Of a stretch of DNA of 19,595 nucleotides, positions 1-7,551 are shown in pieces. The notes under the pieces were generated by a model. The model was not told the DNA's origin. It saw only the letters and a list, made by a program, of their open reading frames with translations, and ran no database searches. Made by a program: the position numbers and the translations under genes. This DNA is from Candidatus Eiseniibacteriota bacterium (lineage in GTDB: Bacteria; ARS69), in NCBI GenBank assembly GCA_052390515.1, contig JBQTGV010000212.1:1-19595 (forward strand). Reading direction: 5' to 3'. The stretch's first letter is position 1, and the number at the start of each line of letters is the position of its first letter.

Positions 1-1172
1 GGATCGGCCTGATCGGAGGCGGTGACGCTCGCGGTGTTGGTGAGGGTGGCACCGGAGGTGCCGAGATCCACCGTGGCGGCGATGTCGAGCGTCGCGGAGG
101 CGGCGTTCGCCAGGGAGCCGACGACCCAGAGGCCGGTGCCGCTTGTGTAGGTGCCCTGGGAAGGAACGTCGGAGACGTAGGTGACGCCGGCCGGGAGCAG
201 ATCGGTCAGCTCCACACCAGTGGCCGCGTTCGGACCGCCGTTGCTCACCGTGACGGTGTACACGACCGTGCCGCCTTCCGACGGCGCGGGATCGTCCACC
301 ACCTTGGTCACCGCCAGATCCGAGACCGGGAACGAGGCGATGAACAGGCTTCCGTTCCGCGCGAACACGATACTGAGCCCGTCCGGCGACCAGTCGGGCT
401 GCACGTCGTTGCCGGTGTGGATGGTGATCTGGGTCTCGGTGCCGCCTCCGGCGGGCACCAGCCAGATGTCGTTGTTGCCCGCACGATTGGACTGGAACGC
501 TATCGTGGCGCCGTCCGGCGACCAGTCGGGAGCCCCGTCCGCGCCCGGATCGGTCGTCAACTGCGTGGCTGTGCCCCCCGTCGAAGGCATGACCCAGATG
601 TCGTTGTTCCCGGAACGGGTCGACTGGAACGCGATCTGCGCTCCGTCCGGCGACCAGCTCGGGTGCGTGTCCGTGGCGGGGTCGGTCGTGAGCTGGACGG
701 GGACTCCGCCGGAGGAGGGGATGATGTAGATGTCGGTCCCCTTCGTGAAGGCGATCTTCGTGCTGTCCGGAGACCACGACGGGAAGCCCTCGACGGTCGT
801 GGGATCGGCGTGAAGCAGCGTCGACCCGCCACCCGCCGCTGGACGCGTGTAGAGGTCGATGCTCCCGCCGCCGCCGACCGCGGCGGCGAACACGATCACC
901 GAGCCGGACGGAGAGAAGTCCGGATGCTGGTCCACGTTGGTGTTGGCCGTCAGCTTGGTCGGCGTGCCGCCCGTGACGGGAACGCTCCACAAGTCGAGAT
1001 TCCCCGACCGGTTGGAGTCGAACACGATGACCGGACTCGTGGGCGACCAGGCCGGACGCTGGTCGCTGGTGGCCGTCGTGATCTGGGTTTCCGTGATCTG
1101 GGCGAAGGCCGGGGTGATCGTGACGACGCCCAGCAGGGAGAGCAGATGGCGCGCGGCGAACGGGAGCTTCAT
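1..1172 (-). CDS. Secreted protein with six PD40/TolB-like beta-propeller repeats followed by a DUF11 (Ig-like) domain; 3' end runs off the window
   Basis: Manual translation from ATG at 1172, with GAGG 7 nt upstream: signal peptide MKLPFAARHLLSLLGVVTITPAFA-Q. Repeats DQRPAWSPTS, DQHPDFSPSG, EGFPSWSPDS, DTHPSWSPDG, DGAPDWSPDG, DVQPDWSPDG. Then DLAVTKVVDDPAPSEGGTVVYTVTVSNGGPNAATGVELTDLLPAGVTYVS...LTNTASVTASDQADP, typical of DUF11. No stop before base 1. Confidence 0.9.
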   Translation of the reverse strand, partial: MKLPFAARHLLSLLGVVTITPAFAQITETQITTATSDQRPAWSPTSPVIVFDSNRSGNLDLWSVPVTGGTPTKLTANTNVDQHPDFSPSGSVIVFAAAVGGGGSIDLYTRPAAGGGSTLLHADPTTVEGFPSWSPDSTKIAFTKGTDIYIIPSSGGVPVQLTTDPATDTHPSWSPDGAQIAFQSTRSGNNDIWVMPSTGGTATQLTTDPGADGAPDWSPDGATIAFQSNRAGNNDIWLVPAGGGTETQITIHTGNDVQPDWSPDGLSIVFARNGSLFIASFPVSDLAVTKVVDDPAPSEGGTVVYTVTVSNGGPNAATGVELTDLLPAGVTYVSDVPSQGTYTSGTGLWVVGSLANAASATLDIAATVDLGTSGATLTNTASVTASDQAD

Positions 1173-1346
1173 GTCGGACCTCGCGGGGCGATCGGGTGGG
1201 TGTTCCGCCGAGAGGTGGCCGGAAGCACGACTCCTCGACTATACGCACGAGACCGGGATTCGCGACCGAGGCGCTGCCGCCTTCCGGGAGCCGAATTCGA
1301 TTCCGCCGCGTGTGCGTCGGACGCGGCGAGTCGAGTGACGCTACTG

Positions 1347-1506
1347 TCTCCGGGGGGGAGGACCGCCCAGAACTGAACCCGCGGGGGTGGCGAGAGGGCG
1401 AGGGGAACCGTAGCGCGTCGCGCGTCGCGATTCAAGGGGGACCCGGGAGCTCCTCGCCGGGGTGGTCGGTCCCGAGCTAGATTCGCCCTGTAGGCTCCCC
1501 TGGAGG
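1347..1506 (+). promoter_or_regulatory. Possible structured leader or ncRNA upstream of lhgO, with a stem covering the RBS
   Basis: 1347-1358 pairs with 1495-1506, which includes GGAGG. Nested stems 1361-1368/1460-1467 and 1397-1405/1450-1458. The G-U pairs favour the + strand. No RNA family recognised. Confidence 0.3.
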
Positions 1507-1511
1507 TTCCC

Positions 1512-2705
1512 GTGCACGACCTTGCCGTCATCGGCGCCGGGATCGTGGGGCTGGCCACGGCCTTCGAGATGCTGCGTCGGCGTCCGGGACTCGACGTAGT
1601 CCTCCTCGACAAGGAGGATCGGGTCGCCGCGCATCAGACCGGCCGCAACAGCGGCGTCATCCATGCCGGGTTGTACTACCGTCCGGGCTCACTCAAGGCC
1701 GCGACCTGCCGCCGCGGGGTGGATCTCCTGCTTCGCTTCTGTGAGGAGCACGCCGTCCGCCACGAGCTTTGCGGCAAGGTGGTCGTCGCCACGACCGCCG
1801 AAGAGGTTCCGCGTCTCGAGGAGCTCCACCGCCGCGGGGCGGCCAATGGCGTGCCGGGTCTCGAGCGCGTCGGCTCGGCGCGTCTCCGGGAGATCGAGCC
1901 GCACGCCGCCGGTGTCGAGGCGCTCGTCTCGCCGTCCACCGGCATCGTCGATTTCGGCGAGGTCGCGCGCGCGATCGCCGCGGAGGTCGTGCGGCGGGGC
2001 GTGTCGATCCGTTTCGGCGCGACGGTGCGCGGCTTCGTGCGCGAACCGCACGGCGTCGTCGTGGAAACGACCGCGGGCGCGGTCTCCGCCAAGCAGGCGG
2101 TGGCGTGCGCGGGGCTGCACGCGGATCGGGTCGCGCGGCTGGACGGCCCGCCGCCCCGCGCGCGCCTCGTTCCCTTCCGCGGGGAGTACTTCGTGCTGGC
2201 TCCCGCCGCGACCGGTCTCGTGCGCGGACTCATCTATCCCGTGCCCGATCCGCGCTTCCCGTTCCTCGGCGTGCACTTCACGCGGAAGATCGACGGATCC
2301 GTCGAGGCCGGTCCGAACGCCGTCCTGGCCCTGGCGCGCGAAGGCTACGAGAAGACCGACCTGGACCTCGCGGACGCGTGGCAGATCTTCGCTTCGCCCG
2401 GCTTCTGGAAGATGGCGCGGCGCCACTGGAGAACGGGGCTCGAAGAGGTGGTCCGCTCGCACTCCCGCGAGCTCTTCGCCCGAGCCCTCCGCCGGCTGGT
2501 GCCGGAGGTCCGCGCCGAGCATCTGCTCCCCGGCGGCGCGGGCGTGCGCGCGCAGGCCCTTACCGCCGACGGCACGCTGCTCGACGACTTCGTGATCGAG
2601 CGGCGCGGCCGCGTCGTGCACGTGCTGAACGCGCCGTCGCCGGCGGCCACAGCCTGCTTCGCCGTGGGCGAACGGGTGGCGGATGCCCTCTGCCGGGAAG
2701 GTTGA
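1512..2705 (+). CDS. lhgO: L-2-hydroxyglutarate oxidase (FAD-dependent oxidoreductase)
   Basis: GAGIVG FAD-binding motif, HQTGRNSGVIHAGLYY, PFRGEY, PDPRFPFLGVHFT, GPNAV, GVRAQA, NAPSPAATA. GGAGG lies 5 nt before the GTG. Confidence 0.92.
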   Translation: MHDLAVIGAGIVGLATAFEMLRRRPGLDVVLLDKEDRVAAHQTGRNSGVIHAGLYYRPGSLKAATCRRGVDLLLRFCEEHAVRHELCGKVVVATTAEEVPRLEELHRRGAANGVPGLERVGSARLREIEPHAAGVEALVSPSTGIVDFGEVARAIAAEVVRRGVSIRFGATVRGFVREPHGVVVETTAGAVSAKQAVACAGLHADRVARLDGPPPRARLVPFRGEYFVLAPAATGLVRGLIYPVPDPRFPFLGVHFTRKIDGSVEAGPNAVLALAREGYEKTDLDLADAWQIFASPGFWKMARRHWRTGLEEVVRSHSRELFARALRRLVPEVRAEHLLPGGAGVRAQALTADGTLLDDFVIERRGRVVHVLNAPSPAATACFAVGERVADALCREG

Positions 2706-2713
2706 GCCCGGCC

Positions 2714-2742
2714 TTGGCGTGCGCCGTCGGTCCTCGTACAAT
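2714..2742 (+). promoter_or_regulatory. Sigma70-type promoter for the zinc finger-hemH unit
   Basis: TTGGCG (2714-2719), 17-nt spacer, TACAAT (2737-2742). RBS GAGAGGAG at 2754-2761, ATG at 2770. Confidence 0.65.
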
Positions 2743-2769
2743 GCGTCGCCGCCGAGAGGAGCGTAGCGG

Positions 2770-2973
2770 ATGACCGAGAGAGTGTGGCGACAGTGCAGCA
2801 ACTGCAAGAAGGGCATCGCGCACGGGAGAACCTACTTCGTGTGCAGCGTGTCGACGTGCAACCGCAAGAGGACCGGTTACGTGTTCTGCTCCGTGGACTG
2901 CTGGGACGCGCACTTGCCGCTGGCGAACCACCGGGAGGCGTGGGCCGTCGAGGAGACCGCGCCGCGGGCATGA
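2770..2973 (+). CDS. 67-aa Cys6His2 zinc-finger protein (ZZ/PHD-like)
   Basis: Pattern C9xxC12-C25x4C30-C40x3C44-H48-H54. Has its own promoter and RBS, and its stop overlaps the hemH start (ATGA at 2970-2973). Confidence 0.85.
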   Translation: MTERVWRQCSNCKKGIAHGRTYFVCSVSTCNRKRTGYVFCSVDCWDAHLPLANHREAWAVEETAPRA

Positions 2974-4100
2974 CGACGGGCGAGCCCGCCTTCGATCACG
3001 CCGAGATCCCGGCCGTCGGCGTCCTCTTCTCCAACCTCGGGACGCCCGACGCGCCGACCGCTCCCGCGCTCCGCCGCTACCTCCGCGAGTTCTTGTCCGA
3101 CCCGCGCGTCGTCGAGCTTCCGCGCTGGAAGTGGCTGCCGATCCTGCACGGCATCGTGTTGAACACGCGTCCCCGGAGGTCCGCGGCGCTGTACCGGCGC
3201 ATCTGGACGGCGGACGGATCGCCCCTGCTCGTAATCGCGAGGAAGCAGGCGGCCGCGCTGGAGGTTGCGCTGCGTGCGCGCGTCGGCGACCCGTTGCACG
3301 TCGCGGTGGGCATGCGTTACGGCAGCCCCTCGATCGAGTCCGCGCTGGACGAGCTCCGCGCGAAGCGCTGTCGCCGCATCCTGGTCCTTCCCGCGTACCC
3401 GCAGTACGCCGCCGTCACCACCGGCTCCACGTTCGACGCGGTGGCCGCGGTGCTGACCCGGTGGCGCTGGGTACCGGGACTTCGCCTCGTCCAGCACTAC
3501 CACGACGACCCCGGGTACGTGCGCGCGCTGGCGGAGAGCGTTCGGCGCGCGTGGGCGGACGGCGGACCGCCGCGGAAGCTGCTCCTCTCGTTTCACGGAA
3601 TGCCCGTACGGTATTTCCGCGCCGGCGATCCGTACCACTGCGAGTGCCACAAGACGGCGCGCCTCGTCGCGGAGGAGCTCGCCCTTTCACCGGACCGCTG
3701 GCAGGTATCGTTCCAGTCGCTGTTCGGCAAGGAGGAGTGGCTGAAGCCCTACACCGACGCGACGCTCGAGGAGTGGGGCCGGGCGAAGCTCGAGAGCGTC
3801 GACGTGATCTGTCCGGGTTTCTCCGCCGACTGCCTGGAGACGATCGACGAGATCGGCCGCGAGAACCGCGTCGTGTTCGAGAGAGCGGGCGGCGGGCGTT
3901 ACCGCTTCATTCCCTGTCTCGACGAGGACCCGCAGCACGTGGAGGCGCTGGCCGCCGTCGCGCTGCGGGAGCTCTCCGGTTGGTTCACTCCGAAGGAGGC
4001 GTGGAGCGATGAGGCCGCCCGCAGCGCGGCGCGGGCCACTGCGGCGCGCGCAGGATCGTTGCCGGACCCCGCACGGCCGACTATATTCCCCGGATCATGA
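2970..4100 (+). CDS. hemH: Ferrochelatase (376 aa; start reassigned from 2784 to ATG 2970)
   Basis: NLGTP, YLREFLSDPRVVE, MRYG, YPQY, SFHG, FQSxFGxxxWLKPYT, GFSADCLET. ATGA overlaps at both ends. Confidence 0.95.
   Translation: MTTGEPAFDHAEIPAVGVLFSNLGTPDAPTAPALRRYLREFLSDPRVVELPRWKWLPILHGIVLNTRPRRSAALYRRIWTADGSPLLVIARKQAAALEVALRARVGDPLHVAVGMRYGSPSIESALDELRAKRCRRILVLPAYPQYAAVTTGSTFDAVAAVLTRWRWVPGLRLVQHYHDDPGYVRALAESVRRAWADGGPPRKLLLSFHGMPVRYFRAGDPYHCECHKTARLVAEELALSPDRWQVSFQSLFGKEEWLKPYTDATLEEWGRAKLESVDVICPGFSADCLETIDEIGRENRVVFERAGGGRYRFIPCLDEDPQHVEALAAVALRELSGWFTPKEAWSDEAARSAARATAARAGSLPDPARPTIFPGS
4059..4087 (+). promoter_or_regulatory. Internal sigma70-type promoter in the hemH 3' end, directly upstream of guaA
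   Basis: TTGCCG (4059-4064), 17-nt spacer, TATATT (4082-4087). The guaA ATG is at 4097 with no clear Shine-Dalgarno. Confidence 0.55.
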
Positions 4101-5920
4101 ACCGGGATTCCATCGCCGTACTGGATTTCGGTGGCCAGTACGTCCACCTCATCGCCACGAAGATCCGCGCGCTCGGCGTGCACGCCGAGATTCGGGATCC
4201 CGACGACCCGGTGGAGACGTTCCGCGGCTATCGCGGCATCGTGCTCTCCGGGAGCCCGGCGCTCTCTTCGTTCGACGACGAGGGCGGCTGGAGTCGCGGC
4301 GTGCTGGACCTCGGCATCCCCGTGATCGGGTTCTGCTTCGGACATCAGGAGATCGCCAAGCACGCCGGCGGGCGGGTGGAGCACACCCGCCGAGAGTACG
4401 GCGCGGCCACGCTGAACATCGTGGGCGATTCGCCGCTCTTCCGCGGGCTCGACCGCCACGAACAGGTGTGGATGAGCCACGGCGACACCGTGACCGCGCT
4501 CGGCGGAGGCTTCGTGGAGCTGGGGTACTCGACCGGGGGCGGCGCCGGATCGGAGCAGCACCGCAACGCGGCGATCGCCTGCGAGGAGCGCAGGCAGTAC
4601 GGCCTGCAATTCCATCCCGAGGTCGACGACACCCCGTGCGGCCGGCGCATCCTCGAAAACTTCGTCTTCCAGGTGTGCGGCGCGCGGCGCGGCTGGTTCG
4701 TCGGTGATCAGGTGGCCGAGCGCGTCGAAGCGCTTCGCCGCGAGATCGGCGACCGCAACGTGCTGCTCCTGGCGTCCGGCGGCGTGGATTCGACCGTGGC
4801 CGCGCTGCTCTTCCACCGCGCGGTCGGGCCTCGCCGCCTGCATCTTCTGCACATCGACAACGGGCTCATGCGCAAGAACGAGAGCGCCTCGGTGAAGGCG
4901 AAGCTGGAGCAGCTCGGCCTGGGGTCCAGTCTCGAAGTCGTGGACGCCTCCGTCGAGTTCCTCGCAGTGCTCGCGGGCATGACCGATCCGGAGCAGAAGC
5001 GACGCGCCATCGGGGATACGTTCGTCGCCGTGTTCGAGCGCGAGGTCGCCCGTCTGGATCTGACGAACGTGGTGCTCGGACAGGGAACGATCTACCCCGA
5101 CACGATCGAGACCGGGGGCTCGAAGCGCGCCGACGTGATCAAGACGCATCACAATCGAGTGCCGCTGGTGCAAGAGATGATCGCGGCGGGCCGCGTCTCG
5201 GAGCCGCTGGCCGACCTCTACAAGGTGGAGGTCCGCGAGCTGGGCGAATCGCTCGGGCTGGATCCGGAGGCCGTCGACCGCCATCCCTTCCCGGGACCGG
5301 GGCTCGGGATCCGCGTGGCCTGCGCGCGCGACGGCGACGACTTCGACGGGCCGCGGCTCTCCGAGGAAATTGCGCGCGTCCTGTCCGGCACCGGCCTTCG
5401 CGGACTGCCGCTGCCGGTCCGGTCCGTCGGGGTGAAAGCGGATCTCCGCAGCTTTCAGCACCCCGTGCTCCTCGTCGGGCCGAACCTCGGGTGGGAGCGG
5501 ATGACCGACATCGCCACGTCCGTGACCAAGCAGGTGCCCGGAATCAACCGCTGCCTGTGGGAGCTGTCGCGGCGCCACCCGGCCCGCGCGGAGCTCATCC
5601 CCGCCACGGTCACGCGCGAGCGGCTCGACCTGCTCCGCGAGCTCGACGCCGTCGTGATGGGCGCGCTCGTGCGGCACGACCTGATGACCACGGTCTGGCA
5701 GTGCCCCACGGTCCTCGTCCCGCTTCGCCTGGGCGGGAAAGGGCGGGAGCTGGTGGTGATCCGGCCGGTCCATTCCGAGCGGGCCATGACCGCCCGTCCG
5801 GCGTGGATCGGCGATGCGTGCGCCGCGGAGATCACCGACGCCCTGATGGCGTTCGAACCGGTCGGCGCCGTGGCCATCGACGTGACGACCAAGCCGCCGG
5901 CGACCATCGAGTGGGAGTGA
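4097..5920 (+). CDS. guaA: GMP synthase (glutamine-hydrolysing), long form, 607 aa
   Basis: LDFGGQY, GFCFGHQ (catalytic Cys), WMSHGD, QFHPEV, SGGVDST PP-loop, [26 protein letters not shown]-terminal KPPATIEWE. Confidence 0.96.
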   Translation: MNRDSIAVLDFGGQYVHLIATKIRALGVHAEIRDPDDPVETFRGYRGIVLSGSPALSSFDDEGGWSRGVLDLGIPVIGFCFGHQEIAKHAGGRVEHTRREYGAATLNIVGDSPLFRGLDRHEQVWMSHGDTVTALGGGFVELGYSTGGGAGSEQHRNAAIACEERRQYGLQFHPEVDDTPCGRRILENFVFQVCGARRGWFVGDQVAERVEALRREIGDRNVLLLASGGVDSTVAALLFHRAVGPRRLHLLHIDNGLMRKNESASVKAKLEQLGLGSSLEVVDASVEFLAVLAGMTDPEQKRRAIGDTFVAVFEREVARLDLTNVVLGQGTIYPDTIETGGSKRADVIKTHHNRVPLVQEMIAAGRVSEPLADLYKVEVRELGESLGLDPEAVDRHPFPGPGLGIRVACARDGDDFDGPRLSEEIARVLSGTGLRGLPLPVRSVGVKADLRSFQHPVLLVGPNLGWERMTDIATSVTKQVPGINRCLWELSRRHPARAELIPATVTRERLDLLRELDAVVMGALVRHDLMTTVWQCPTVLVPLRLGGKGRELVVIRPVHSERAMTARPAWIGDACAAEITDALMAFEPVGAVAIDVTTKPPATIEWE

Positions 5921-7521
5921 CCGCGAAGGCCCGGACGAAGAGCCCGGCACGCAGGCGCCAAGCGCCGGCGAAGGCCACCGCGCGCACCATGGCGGGTCAG
6001 CAGCGGGAGATCTCGGTCAGCGAGTTCTTCACCAAGAACCGCCACCTGTTGGGCTTCGATTCACCCACCAAAGCGCTGCTCACCACCATCAAGGAGGCCG
6101 TGGACAACTCGCTCGACGCGTGCGAGGAGGCGGAGATCCTCCCCGAGCTCCTGGTGGAGATCCGCGAGATCAACGAGAACCGCTACCGCGTGATCGTGGA
6201 GGACAACGGGCCCGGGATCGTGAAGGAGCAGGTGCCGCGGATCTTCGGCAAGCTGCTCTACGGATCGAAGTTCCACCGCTTGCGGCAGAGCCGCGGGCAG
6301 CAGGGCATCGGGATCTCCGCCGCGGGCATGTACGGGCAGCTCACCACCGGGAAGCCGATCGTCATCGAGAGCCGCATCGGCGAGGGCAAGCCGGCGCATC
6401 GCTTCGAGCTGGTCATCGACACGCTGCGCAACGAGCCGGCCGTGAAGCGCGACCTCGAAGTGGATTGGAAGGAGAAGCAGCACGGCACGCGCGTCGAGAT
6501 CGAGCTCGAGGGCACGCACAAGGGCGGCCGGCACGGGCCCGAGGCTTACCTGCGCCAGACCGCGCTCGCGAATCCGCACGTGCGCCTGGTGGTCCGGGAC
6601 CCGAAGGGGGAGGAGACGGTCTTCGAGCGCACCGCGCCGGAGCTGCCGCGGGCGGCGGCCGAGATCCGCCCGCATCCCTACGGCGTCGAGGTCGGCCTCC
6701 TGCTGCGCATGGCCGGTGACACTCCCTGCCGGCAGCTCTCGACGTTCCTCCGCGAGGAGTTCAGCCGCGTCGGACCGAAGGCGGCCGGGGCGATCGCCGA
6801 GGCCGCGGGACTTTCGCCGAACCTGTCGCCGAAGCGCCTCACACTGGAATCCGCGGAGCGCCTGCTCGCCGCCGTTCGCGCCACGAGGATCCCCGCGCCG
6901 CCCACGGATTGCCTCTCGCCGATCGGCGCCGACCGCATCGAAGCCAGCCTCCGCGAGCAGTTCGCGGCCGACTTCGTCACCGCCGTCACCCGCAGCCCCG
7001 CCGTCTATCGCGGGAACCCGTTCCAGGTGGAGGTGGGCCTGGCATACGGCGGCGCGCTTCCCGCCGACGAGCTCTGCCAGCTCTTCCGCTTCGCCAACCG
7101 CGTGCCGCTGCAGTACCAGCAGGGGGCCTGCGCCATCACCAAGGCCGCGCTCGCGACGAACTGGCGCTCTTACGGCGTCCAGCAGAGTCGCGGCGCGCTG
7201 CCCACCGCGCCGCTCGTGCTCTTCGTGCACGTCGCCAGCGTCTGGGTGCCGTTCACCAGCGAGAGCAAGGAGGCGGTCGCGGGGTACGACGAGATCGTGC
7301 GGGAGCTGAAGCTCGGGCTGCAGGAGGCCGGACGGTTGCTGGGGCGCTTCATCCGTCGCGGGCAGCACGAGCGGGACGCCGCGCGGAAGCGCGCCTACAT
7401 CGAGAAGTACATCCCGCACATCGGGATCGCGCTACAGGAGATCCTGGGGCTGTCCGCGAACGAGGAGAAGAGCGTGGTGGAGACGCTGACCTCGACGCTG
7501 GAGCGCAGCCGCCGGGTCTGA
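5917..7521 (+). CDS. top6B: DNA topoisomerase VI subunit B (start GTG 5917 overlapping the guaA stop; alternative ATG 5989)
   Basis: [22 protein letters not shown] motifs [35 protein letters not shown]2TH-like segment FSRVGPKAA, transducer [19 protein letters not shown]. Confidence 0.96.
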   Translation: MTAKARTKSPARRRQAPAKATARTMAGQQREISVSEFFTKNRHLLGFDSPTKALLTTIKEAVDNSLDACEEAEILPELLVEIREINENRYRVIVEDNGPGIVKEQVPRIFGKLLYGSKFHRLRQSRGQQGIGISAAGMYGQLTTGKPIVIESRIGEGKPAHRFELVIDTLRNEPAVKRDLEVDWKEKQHGTRVEIELEGTHKGGRHGPEAYLRQTALANPHVRLVVRDPKGEETVFERTAPELPRAAAEIRPHPYGVEVGLLLRMAGDTPCRQLSTFLREEFSRVGPKAAGAIAEAAGLSPNLSPKRLTLESAERLLAAVRATRIPAPPTDCLSPIGADRIEASLREQFAADFVTAVTRSPAVYRGNPFQVEVGLAYGGALPADELCQLFRFANRVPLQYQQGACAITKAALATNWRSYGVQQSRGALPTAPLVLFVHVASVWVPFTSESKEAVAGYDEIVRELKLGLQEAGRLLGRFIRRGQHERDAARKRAYIEKYIPHIGIALQEILGLSANEEKSVVETLTSTLERSRRV

Positions 7522-7551
7522 CGGAACCCACTCCCGCTGCGGGGGACTCGC

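Noticed and set aside
379-657. Regularly spaced 15-bp direct repeats as a possible CRISPR array
   Set aside because: The 132-bp in-frame period encodes WSPDG propeller blades, the spacers are similar to one another, and there are no cas genes.
1238-1266. Minus-strand TATAGT -10 box for the PD40 gene
   Set aside because: There is no credible -35 at 17 bp, so it is too weak to call.
181-1376. Plus-strand ORFs 181..729, 417..1376 and 859..1338
   Set aside because: They are antisense shadows of the real minus-strand PD40/DUF11 gene.
1290-1410. tRNA-like fragments (TTCGATTCC near 1296; minus-strand ...CCCTCTCGCCA ending at 1388)
   Set aside because: No paired T-arm or cloverleaf can be built.
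1400-1500. Resemblance to a c-di-AMP (ydaO) riboswitch (GGGGGACCC...GGGGTG)
   Set aside because: The conserved GAAUC and CCGUCAGCUAAC elements are missing.
2784-2969. N-terminal extension of hemH in the ORF track
   Set aside because: It overlaps the zinc-finger gene. ATG 2970 fits the domain start and the translational coupling.
5491-5916. N-terminal extension of top6B in the ORF track
   Set aside because: It is an off-frame overlap with guaA and gives Arg/Pro-rich sequence with no recognisable motif.
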